From NCBI RefSeq assembly GCF_964355755.1, contig NC_092680.1, positions 4,216,001 to 4,280,000 on the forward strand: DNA of 64,000 nt, read 5' to 3'. Source of the DNA: Antedon mediterranea. Lineage: Eukaryota; Animalia; Echinodermata. Below, in pieces: positions 25,587-38,010 of this stretch. Under the pieces are notes generated by a model. The model did no database searches and had not been told where the DNA came from. It was given only the letters and a program-made list of their open reading frames with translations. How positions within the stretch are numbered: the first letter of the stretch is position 1; each line of letters begins with the position of its first letter. A program made the position numbers and the translations under genes.

Positions 25587-26614
25587 TTAAGTATAATTTA
25601 GAATGAAGAAGCTCAGAACATAACATTTTGTCACAAAACCTTTTATTAAATATCTATCATACTTAATCTATAAGTAACAATTACATATTTCGCATTATAA
25701 ATACTAAATTACACATTAATTATACTATTCTACATATTAAAGCAGCACAAAAATGCTTACATGATATGATCACGTTATTTGATACAAATGACGTAATTTG
25801 TGTTTTTTTTTAATTTGAGATCTTTTTATATAATGTATACACCAAGACCCCATTATAAATACAATAGCCTATATAAATAATTAAATATATTATGTCTTAT
25901 AATAAATAATAAATAACACATATTGCAAATAATACTACTTTCTACAGAGTGCTTTAAACTAACATTTTTATATTCACAATAGATATTATACTGTAATAAA
26001 CTTCACGTTCAACTTATAAGAAGTAACAATATTAATATATAGGCCTAGTAGATTCAATTAAAACAAAGATTATACGTAACTTTAAATACTTTTGTTCACA
26101 ATAAATGCATGGTTTACAAGCCTTAAATTAGGCTACATTTTACACAGCACACTCGGTAAATTGCTTCATTTTTGTTTTCACACACAAAACATCAATGTTA
26201 AGTACAAATTTAAACAAAACTCCCTAACTGTAAATTATGATGATAGCGGTATGGCATGATGTGAAGGAACATCATGTGAGAGAGGCATGGATTGTATCCG
26301 TAGATCGGAGGTAAAGCCGATGTACGGCATAATGGGACACCATAATGGTGTGTTAGGCCCTCTGGAAGAACAGTTTTTTTAGGCTATCCCAGTAAAAAGA
26401 ATAAATTATCTAATAAATAATATAAAACTATGAAAAATTTATTGTAATTGTGCAATAAAATAAATATTAAACTAAAGGTGTCTAAAGCTTAATTGCCTAT
26501 ACAACGTTTCAAGTGAGTTGACCAATCACAGGCGGCAGTTCGGATGATCATACGTGATTGGTCAAACTACTTGCGAAGTATAGAAACCAAGCTATAGACA
26601 GACAGCCTATCGTC

Positions 26615-27602
26615 TTAAATACGTGATCTTGCACAGGCGAACCCAACAACTATTTCCTCAAAGGTCTGTTGATAATAGTACTTATCCTGAGTGTCCATAC
26701 TGTTTACACGTTTAAAAACAGGCACGTTATACTTGATTGCTTCGCATGTACCCCCGTGACCAATACAAGAACTGCAGCTACTATTTTTCTCTGATAGAAC
26801 TCGTGGTATTCGGTCGTTATCAATGTTTAATACGCTGTACCAGGGACACACAGCAGCATCGTCAATACTGCTACCCACATCAGGCGTCGAAGATCTTGGG
26901 CAGGAGGGGGCGGGTGACACCCCGCTTACAGGTGCAAATAAGGGTAAATTGTTAATAGATGTCTTGTTCGCGGCAAATAATAAAGCATTTGCACTTCGAT
27001 CCGTTCGTAACTGTTTGTGTTCGTCTATATTGTTGTTGTTTTGTTTTATTGGTATCGATACAGCATTCATTAATAAACAGCAACAGCCAATTAAATACAT
27101 CTGAAAAGTAAACATACAATTTCAAAAGGTAGCAGTTATTATGTAACTTGTGAGGCCCAGCTCAGACCTATTCCACCCCAATCCTCCGTATTTTATTTAC
27201 AGAAACAATGGCAGTGAGTTCTGGTTATATGGTGAAAAAAAAACCCAGCAAAACGGAATAAAAATATTGTTAGGCTTATGCTGGTTTCTTGTCATCCACT
27301 TTTTTAATGTGAATTAAATTCACCACATATACAAGACAAAACTGGATAAAACATAAAACAAACACAACAAAACCAAACAAAAACAGGTAGACTTGTTTTG
27401 AAACGAAAATACATAAACATGGATAGTATAACATTTATATTACATTATTAAAAAATATTTGTTTTTTCAAATTTACTTAAATAAATACATTTTTAGTTAG
27501 ATACTCTTTTGACGGTTATGAAAATGTCAACACTTTTATGTATTATTTTCATCACTTTCTATAAATAATAACAATAATAAAACATACCAAGTAATTCGCC
27601 AT
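26615..27602 (-). CDS. IL17: IL-17-family cytokine, copy 5 (exons 27588-27602 MANYL, 26615-27100; 166 aa)
   Basis: Phase-0 intron gtatgt...ttcag; signal peptide; motifs VCPWY...DNDRIPRVL.E...C..C...CEAIKYNVPVFKR...YQQ.FEEIVVGFAC. Confidence 0.85.
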
Positions 27603-28367
27603 TTTCTAAGTCTGTGTTAGTAAAAATATCAAACAATTTATCTTGAGTTTTATCGACAACTTACAAAGTTCTCAAACTGAATTATGATGGATGCTAATTT
27701 TCCATAGGTCTTATAAAGAACTTAATCGAAAATAAATTTCCTAATATCTAATTATAGAACATCCAATAGTATTCTCAGTTCTATCCGTGATTGCATTCAA
27801 TGCTATAAACATATCCTGAGTGGGATGTATGGATAGCCCCTTATAATAACAATAACAATTGTAATGGCACCCATTAATTAATAATCATAAATTAACTCTA
27901 TGAGGGAAATGTTGGAATTTATGAATACGTCACCGAGAAATGGTCAAAATCCAATTATAACCTACCGACCTTTCCCTAATAATCAGATAAGGCAATTATT
28001 GATACTAAATTACATGTTTTTATTGTGAATATCATATAGTATTCCCTGGAGTCACGTGTTGAGTTTTGTTTATTTATTTCCTATCAAAACCAGGTTAAAC
28101 GGTTGATGGATTGTTTCTATTGTTTTACCCACTTAATTAATTAAAAAAATAAAATAGTATACAAATTATGATGAATTACATAATAATATGGTCACACATT
28201 ACCCATTTGTTTAGGCAGCTGAAATACGTCGACTCTGGATGTAACACTAAAGATGATGTTCATAAAAAAAACAAATTGGTTTTATTGGTAGATACAGGAC
28301 AGGACATGGTCATGCATTGACCATCGTGTGGTTTTGTGTCCTGGAGCCCCGAAAGAATGTTAATTAA

Positions 28368-28896
28368 AGATGTATTGTCCCTTGAAACACAAAATATGAA
28401 GGTCTACATATTCTAAATTTAAATTGGCCATATCAAAGTAATATTAAAGTTATTCACTTTAGTCAAAAATTCGAGCCAAGAACAAAAAGTTTATATAATT
28501 AACAGGTAAATTAATTTGATTAAATTTCGTATGGAAAATTGTCGTGATTGAAAATAAAACAAAGATTTTAAACCACGAGCATATGCATGATGCTAATTAG
28601 AATTGTTTACAACTCGTCACGGTTGAGAAGGTGTTTTCACACAGATTGCGAGGAAGTTTTGTGATTATGCATACAGAGTAGCCAAATAAGCGCGTTGCAT
28701 TATGAGATATGTTTTGATCGAAAACTTTGACTTATTTTTTGAATAAAAAAAACGTCTGTATTTCAGTCGAATGATTTTTTTTCGACTAATTTTTGGTGAA
28801 AATTAATAACTATTATGATACTTCAAAATGATCCACTTTTTTTCAAAATATTTTTTTTTCAATTTTTTTGGAATTAGTGAAAGTGACAATACATCT
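28368..28896. mobile_element. Kolobok-like element (longer subfamily)
   Basis: AGATGTATTGTC...GACAATACATCT termini with TTAA context. Confidence 0.65.
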
Positions 28897-29959
28897 TAAC
28901 CGTTGATTAAATTGAATACGCCTCATCGGTGCGTGGATATCTATAGTTATGCAATAAATACCTAACGCAGGGATGAAACACAATGATGTTACTCAAATGT
29001 TTTTTTAGGGCTCTCATGTGTTGAAGTACCGGAACCCGACCGAATTGGTAAAAGTAAAACGCTGATTAAAGCCTCATGCGTTTAATAACGTGATTAAGTT
29101 GTAGAAATGTCAAATGGAACTTCCGAAAGTATAAAATAAAATTAGAGATAACTATTAAAGACTCAGAACCAGAAATATCTGCAGCTTAATTACATGCATA
29201 TGCCTAAGGGAGACAATCGTAGCTGTCAGTGAAGCATATATTGAGAAGTCATAGGGTTAGAGTTATGGTAGTGTACTGTATAGACCTAAGTAAATTTGAA
29301 AGGCTATAATACACACATCATGGACTAAGATATTTCTTATATGCCTTAAGTATTTCTTCCATTTAAACTTATTGTAACTATTCATTTATTTATGTGACCA
29401 ATAGTTGCATTTTAATTTGTATTTATTTATTTTGAGATATAAGAACATTGGTAGGCCTATTGACATTCCGACCCTAATTTGAACATAAACTTTATTAAAA
29501 CCTTTAAATACATATTTATAAATTATAGGCTACTACAATATTATAAAAACATTGTTGAAATTGTATTTGTATTTTTGGAGGCCTCCGTGGTTAAATAAAG
29601 TTGAATTGAATTGTATTGAACAAAGCCATTGTCTTCGTTTCTCTTCATATTGGTAGGCATACCATCTTCACAAGTTAGGCTTATGTTTGAGTTTCCCTTG
29701 TTTTTCACACCCCGGTTGTTTTACTACTTATTTCACATGGTTTTAAATAGCATTTAATTAACACATAATACACACATAATTATTGTGTTATTTTATTCAT
29801 TTCTTTAGTTCTTTAGCGTTACATTTCATTTGCTATAAAAGCAGGTATAAAAGCCCTTGATTATCCTCATGAAAATAAAAACAGACAATAGAAATTGGAA
29901 CAAATACGAATCACACTCTGGCAACATTATTTATTTTGAATTTAAAAATCAAACTTTTG

Positions 29960-30018
29960 GAAAGTCTGTCGATGGTCGTCGTCAAAAACACACTGCTGTT
30001 TAAAAACTGTATTTTCAC
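29960..30018 (+). other. Probable non-coding first exon of PARPBP (5' end approximate)
   Basis: Strong donor c|gtaagt at 30019, AGGCCT-rich tract downstream, acceptor ttttcag ending 32015 before the ATG exon. Confidence 0.5.
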
Positions 30019-30393
30019 GTAAGTTTGAAGTTGTAGTTTTGTATAAAGTTTGCCAATATGAGTTATGATACTTTTGTTTAATACAGACTATATTATACTT
30101 CTAAGACAGGGGCACATTCTGTTTTTTAATGCCTAGCTAGGCTAGGCCTAGCTAGCTCTAGTAGAGGCCTAGGCCTACCTAGGCCTAGTCTCCTATTCTT
30201 TCTAAGCTAGCCTAGGCATAGGCCTATGTTTTACGGCGCTTCCTTAGGCTAGTGTTTGTACTCTAGTCGTTTGGGTTCACAAAAAAAGGATTCGTATTAG
30301 CTACTACTGTAGGCTATATTTGGCCTATTCAGTCTCTTTATTTTAACAAATAACCATGCTTTGCTTATTAATAATTAGGCCTATTTATTATTA

Positions 30394-31176
30394 CGCCGTG
30401 GCTAAAGATACGGTACCGTATTCTAACTTCTGTTTACTAAAGGTACGGTAAAATTGCATTACGTCATTACCAGCCAATGGGGTGCTGGTACGTGTGTGAC
30501 GTCATCGTATAAGGACTTTGGATTTTTTCATATCGCGAAAACAGTGATCAACCGCATTTTCTTTATGTTTCATTTATCGCGATTATCGCCGTCGTGTGTG
30601 ACAAAAACTAAATGTAGCCTACGTCTGTTATTATTATTAAATATTATTGAAAAGCCAAAACATGTTGATTTTAATTCTAGAATACAAAAAACCGTTTCAA
30701 AAGAGGCCTAGGCCTACTTACTACGTACTATATAACCTCATTATATGAGTTTGTTTGTGTAGGGAAAGCGATGCCAGGCTGGGTATGTTGACATGTGTGC
30801 GCTGATTTCTGTGACTCAGACCTGGGGCTACTGTCTAAAAATCATAGTATTTGAGGGCCCCTTTATTGTCCGCATTTGCTTGTTGTTTATGGTCACCATT
30901 GTAAACAAAGTTTAATAAAAAATATAGGCCTATAGGCCATTTGGAATAAAACCCTCATCAGAGCGCATACACGTACACCCATGCAGCCTGTTGGCGCCGC
31001 CGTCAGGAATTCTCTACATACACAACAGACGCGATATGAAAAAAAAATCAAAAGTCCTTATACGATGACGTCACACACGTACTAGCACCCCATTGGCTGA
31101 TTATGACGTAATGCAATTTTACCGTATCTTTAGTAAACAGAAGTTAGAATACGGTACCGTATCTTTAGCCACAGCG
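30394..31176. mobile_element. Non-autonomous foldback/MULE-like element A (TIR about 144 bp, 9-bp TSD)
   Basis: 30394-30537 is the near-perfect reverse complement of 31030-31176; flanked by TTATTATTA. Confidence 0.8.
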
Positions 31177-31185
31177 TTATTATTA

Positions 31186-31951
31186 CGCCGTGGTTAGGAT
31201 TCCGGCACCGGAACTCAACTGCCCAGCGTTAGGGATTCCGACACGCTATTGCGCATGCCCAGAGCGAGGTAATCGGCGACTCTATACTTATCAACAGCGA
31301 TGGATTATTTCATAGCTGCGCCACACGGCGAACTAGCCTAGATGCCTTCTAATATGGGATCCACTAATCTAGGCTAGGGCTACCAGTTAGACTACGTGAC
31401 CAGTGGGCCTATAGTATTTATTTTGTAATTAAAAAGTGGTTGCTTCATTCATATATAAAATTCATATCATTATGAATTATATAAATACATGACTAGTTTT
31501 ATGATTTTTCATAACGCATTATACTGTACATATACAACATGCAATCACAAGTTGATTTGTTGACGGCAGCCACCGCGTGGATGTGAAAAAACTGTTCGGG
31601 AAGTCAGGGTCGCAACGCTAAAAACAGCATTACGATTCTTAGATAGATCAACTCCCTGGATAGATACTGATACTTATTAATATCATAATTATTTTAACGC
31701 GTGGCGTAGTCATATTTTAATTATTAATTCATGTATGGCATAGGCCAAGTTTCATCCATCGCTCTCTCGCTCGCGCAACGACTATCTAGGCTACAGTAAA
31801 TCCCTATAACACTCCGACTCTCCGTGGTGTGGCACTATTATTAGAGTGCAAGCTATAATTCACTTCCCAGAGCTCTGGGCATGCGCAATAGCGTGTCGGA
31901 TTCCCTAACGGTGGGCAGTTGAGTTCCGGTGCCGGAATCCTAACCACGGCG
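31186..31951. mobile_element. Non-autonomous foldback/MULE-like element B (TIR 80 bp, 9-bp TSD)
   Basis: 31186-31265 is the near-perfect reverse complement of 31872-31951; same CGCCGTGG terminus as element A; flanked by TTATTATTA. Confidence 0.8.
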
Positions 31952-32109
31952 TTATTATTATGATGGCGTAGGCCTATTTCTATTGCATTGCATCGTTCAA
32001 TGTTTTATTTTTCAGAAATTTTAAGCGTTTCTTCCCTGAGTTGAGTGAGGCTGAGACTTGAATAATATCAATCCATATATTATTAATTACATTTATTATC
32101 CATTTAATT

Positions 32110-35100
32110 ATGGAACAATCTGTCTATATCCTGAAGAATGATGAAACAACAATGGCTTCTTTCATTGTTCAAGCAATTTTGAACAAGATCGACAAAGGTA
32201 TTTTCTTTATTTGAATATAAGTTATACAAAATACTAATTTACCTTGGCAACGTTTAGAGAGGCCTATGTTTGTTTGTCCCTCTTATGGATACATATGGGC
32301 TGGACCAGACCAGTTTATTCTATTCAGACCAGACTTAGGGATATTGACACATTTGGCATTTACAATTTCTATTGGCAGCGTGTTCCAATAATTCAATAGT
32401 AATACTCACACACACTATATCTCTTTCATATCTCTTTTTTACAAATATTAGGTCTACCTTTGTATACAGTAGTTTAAAATCATGACCTCGTGTTTTTGCT
32501 TACTTTATGAGCTTTTTCTGACTCAAATTCTATAGAAATTAGAATATCTTTTAAAATATGATGTTTCTTTTTCCAGGGTTAATAGTGATAGGAGAATTTG
32601 AGAATACCGAAAACATGATTGCAGAGACGTTTGAGAGTTTGTCGCATTATTTGATCCATATTTACAGACTACTGCGGCTTCATAAGAATGAACGACAGAC
32701 AATCTACAGTGAGGAGGACCAGTTATTAGCCACGCAGCTTTGCATGGCTGATTATAACAGAGAGGTAGATTTTAAACAAACAACATTAAGCTCTGTCTAT
32801 ACTATCAAACTAGTTTGAAAAAAAAGTGTGATGTGCTGAAATATGGTAGTGATATGCCCAAATGGTAGTGATATGCCCAAATATGTAAGTAATATGACAT
32901 CATCATGTCCATCCATGTATGGGAAGTAAAAAATAACAACAGTAGAACGTTGATGGAAAATGGAAAAACAATGTCATATTGATGGGATGTTTGCTGACTA
33001 GTTCTAAGCATTCTTCTCTTTAATCATCAAGATAATTGTGTCCAAAACGGTCATTATAGTGTGTGCACACAGCATTCTAATGCCATGTTGTATGTGCTTG
33101 ACCTTTGACTGCCCAGGAAAAATCTAATTACCATTACGGTACCATTTCAATTAAAAATTAAAATATTTTGTTGGTAATTAGTTATTAAACTAATATATCT
33201 TTATTTACAAAAAATACACATTTATTCAAATATTCAAATTCTTTATTGCAACAAAATAAATATTGTTGAATTTACAATATTAAAATAACAAAATAGTTCA
33301 CATTACGACATATGAAAATGTTAATACCTGTATATATAAAGTATAATGATAAAATGTTATTTAACAAAATAAAACAAGCGATGTAAATCATGTGTTCTGT
33401 AGGCCGACAATATTGTCATAAAATGTATTCATGAATTTGCTTTTCCTTCATCCAATCTACATAGTAAATGGATAAAGCTATTGTTCTAACCACGTGACTA
33501 TGTAGCGTAGGTTTTTTTAAAAAATATATCTACATATATATATATAAACACAAGAGGCAAAGAACATTAATTCTAAACCGCCCGGTGATATACTGAAATT
33601 TAATTAATTAATTTGAAACGATAAAGATGAGGAAATCTGTGAGATTGAGAAAAAGTCGCCCCAACCGAGACTCGAACTCGGACCGCCTGCTTGATATGCA
33701 GATGTCCTAACCATTAGACCACTGGGGCTTTCATATATATATATGTATTTGTTATATTTGCAATAATGTACACTAATTTGTTACTGAACTATGGAGAATT
33801 TTTTTTTTCCGAAATAAAAGATGAATGAATAGTACAGAATCAAAATTATCTGTTGATTTTGCATTGTGAGTATGTGCACTACACTACAGTAACATAACTT
33901 TCAAACTTAACTAAAAAATAATACAAAGAAATTACTATTGTGCATCTTTTATATACAGAAGTATGACTTGTATGATGTAGCAACTAGCGAAGTTCTCGGA
34001 ACAGCAGACCACTTAAACCAAGATGCAATAGAAGGGATAATGACAACCTCCGATTCCGTATCTGATTCAAAAACGTCCAAAAATGAGTACAATGAAATCT
34101 CAAGATTCTATCATGAATTTCTAAACAGTTGTAACAGCGTTGATCTTGCAATGGCATACTACAAAGTCAAGTGTGAGTTTTTAAATACTAAATCAGAAGA
34201 AACTGCAAAATCCTGGAGTAAATCGAAATATTTAATTCTTCAGCATCCCAGGAATATTATAGAGGTGAGTTTATTAAATATAGTTCAATAATTGGTTGAT
34301 AAATTCAAATTTTCAACTTGTTTAAATAACTTTTTTTAATTCATTGTTACAGTACATTTGAATTTTTTAATTTTGTACAAATATAATTCAGGCAATGTAA
34401 TTATATAAAATACACACAATCATTCTTTTGTATATAGCATTTCCTTTTTATTTACACACAGTTTTTCACTTAGTGATATCTATTTTTTACAGTCAGAAAA
34501 GAAACCAAAAACCATAGTATCTAACTATATAGAACAGCATGATATAAAACCTTAGTTTCTTTATTTTTTTAATGAAAAATACAGTTTTGAATTCTTACTA
34601 AAACAAAACATTGAGAATTACAGTTTTGAAAAAGTTTTGTTATTTTTTCGTAGTCAATTGCTTTTTTTAATTTATGGTATTTAATGCTCATCACATGTTT
34701 AAAGTTTCTCAATGTTGACAATTTTTTTTAAATCAAAGGTCAATAATGAATGTTTTTTAAAATGTTTTATTTTTGTAATCAAGTAATCTATCTAGTTTTT
34801 TGTGTGCATGATATTTAAATGATCACGGATTTCAAGATTATCAATGTTGACACAATTTCAAGGTTAATCAGTTTCTATATAATTTATTTTAAAATTGACC
34901 TACTAATTCATAAAAAAAAAATTAATTGTGTTTTTTATGTGCATGGTATTTGAATGCTCATCACATGTTTAAAGTTCTCAATCTTGACAAAGATCCAAAT
35001 TTAAATATTTTTACTTTTTCTAATTTTCTTTTTATTTATGGATTTTTGTTATGGGATGTGCATGATATTTATGTTCACATCACATGGTTTTCAAAGTGCC

Positions 35101-37977
35101 AAAAAAACGTATGATACTTTTCAATTTCATTACATTTTTTTTAGAAATTAGGATGCTTTTGTTTTTGGTAATAATGCCAAAGTAATCAGGACACGGCATT
35201 AGTATCGCATTCACGCTGATTCGCTGACAGGAAGACGATTTTGATGTTTAATTATTTAGGACTATTGTTGCTAATGTTAATCCAATGTTGTCATCATCAT
35301 CAGTTCCTGTTAAAAATTGAATTGAAAGTGTAATAGGACCAACCAACCAGGACAAAACAACATTACCATGACTAGGTCTGATTATCATTCTGCCTGTTTT
35401 AAAATATCTTTAGTTGAATTATGATACTAAAAAAAAATATTTATAGATATAAAGTAAATACAATTTAATGACAAAAAAAACAATTAATTTAGTTACGGTA
35501 TTTATTTAAAAAAAACCCCAGCTTTGAATAAACGCTCCCCCTCCCATAGAATATCATTTTGAATAAACTCCCCTTCCCCCTTGAATAAACATCCCGGGGC
35601 CTTTAATTATTTCCACGAATAAACGCCCCTCCAACATACATTGTACATACATTTACAACACATTTCTATTTGTAGTAGAATTCATTGATTGATCGACATG
35701 ATCTACAATTTACCAAACGTTTTGATACAATTTTTACTTCATACTTTATTAATATTAATAGTTAATTGTATTTTTTCAAGATACAAGAAACTTTATTTGT
35801 CTTTGTAAAAAACAAAGAAATGTAGATTATCAGCAAATCCAATTAAAAGATACATATCGTACTAAAAAATTACAAAAAGTGTAAAAAGTATAAAGTAAAA
35901 AAAGTATTGTTACAAATTACATTCTAGAGAAACCGTTGTTAAAAATATGAATGGAGTTTGGCACAAACAAATTTTGTCTAGATATACTTGTTACCATATT
36001 ACTCCCCCAAAAAATAAACACCTCCCCCTCGAATAAACCTCCCCTCAACGAGCCCCCACCTCCCCCCCCCCCCAACCAACCATGAAAACAAAATACCTCT
36101 GCACAATAGACAACCCTTTTGCATGTAGTCAATAATAATCTTATCAATGATGACTAATTAAAAATTTAACTCAAAATAACTGCAGACTCTGTGTCTGTTT
36201 ATAAATAACCAATAAAGGCATTCTCCTCAAATATTTTGATTGAGTTTAGAACCAGGAACTACAACAGGTGATTAGGACCCATGCTTACTACACTACACTA
36301 TCAAACAGCAACATAAAAATATGATAAATTTATTTAAAATAACACAATACAGTGGGTATCCTCTTACTCATAAATCGAATGGGACACAATTAATTTTCCG
36401 GTTGTTAGTATTTAATTTTGTTTGTTAGGAATGGTACACATGGTTTGGACATGTGACGATCATACCACGACGCATAAAGCCAGTAAATGATGGACAGAAA
36501 TAATCTAATTACTAATAAAATTAAATATTTTAACTAACAATAGATTATTATTTTAAAGATAAATAAGCAAAATGCTATTATTAAGTCACTGTTTCTCCCG
36601 ATATTCACGTATGTTTTCTCAAATTTACCAGACCCACCCGATTGTTTCCTTCAAGATATTCAAAGTAAAATTTTTAAATTTATATGGAACGGAAAACCCG
36701 ATAAAGTCAAAAGAAAAGTCATGCTTAACAATTTTGACGAAGGAGGGTTAAAAATTCCCCATATTAAGAGTTACTGTACATCTCTCAAATCATGTTGGGT
36801 GAAAAGATATCTTGATGGAAATCAATCCAAGTGGAAAGTGTTTTTAAAAAGTAAGATTAAAGAGGTTGGAGGAAATATTGTTTTCGAAACCAACTTTTCT
36901 AAATCTTCAAAAATATTAAAACAATTTGAAAGGTTCCATAAAGATATACTCTCTGCGTGGAGTGAATACAATTTTGTAGAACCGTATACGATAGAGGACA
37001 TCTTAAATCAATCTTTATGGAACAACTCATGTTTTGATAAAAGAGAATTTAAAGTTGAAAAAAATTGGTTGGTTAAAAATGTAAACTATGTAAAAGATAT
37101 CGTGAACAAAGAAGGGAAAATATTAGAACTAGACGAATTTAACCAAAAATATAATTTTAAACCAGACTTCTTATTATATCACCAGATTGTAAATTCAATT
37201 CCAAAGCTCTGGAAACAGAAATTAATTGAACAAGGTATAAACACAACTAATGAAGTTGAATCCAAATTACAGACATTCATTTCTGTGAAAACGAGAAATT
37301 GTCATTATATCTATAAACACATTATATTAAAAAATGTTGAAGAGCCAATTGGAATTGAATCCAAATGGGAAAAGGAGTTTGACAACAAACTTAATTGGAA
37401 AAACCTTTTCTCAAATTTACACGCCTGTACAAATGACACTAAGCTAAAAAATTTTCAATTTAAATTTATTCATCGTATAATTTATACAAATACAATGCTC
37501 TTTAAGATGTCAAAGGTCGATTCACCAATGTGTAGTTTTTGCAAGGAAAAGCAGGAAACACTGCTACATATGTTCTTTGAATGTGATCTGGTAAAGAACA
37601 TTTGGGAAAATGTAAAACAATATATGTATCGAAATATCAACAATAACTTAATTATCACCAAAGAAAGTATATGTTTTGGTTTTGGAAAAACACACAGTGA
37701 TGCAAACATTTTAATTTTAATTACAAAGTGGTACATATTTAGTTGCAAAATCAAAAAACAATTACTTAATTATAATCATTTATTTCACATTTACCAAAAA
37801 TACAAGGCAACCATATTATTAGCAAAATGATTATTATTAAGTGTATTTTTGCGATACATTATTTTTTTTTTCTTTAATTTCATTACTCTCTTATTTTTGA
37901 GAGAGTATTATATCGTTTTAATTGTTACGTTGCCTTTATTTATTAATTTTGTATTATGTATGTGATGAAATGAAATA

Positions 37978-38010
<33 letters not shown>

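Noticed and set aside
30454-30711. 85-aa ORF as a transposase in element A
   Set aside because: Starts inside the TIR, short, and has no DDE or DNA-binding motifs
36721-37830. 369-aa ORF as a host gene or PARPBP exon
   Set aside because: It is the C-terminal part of a LINE ORF2 with poly(A) and TSD
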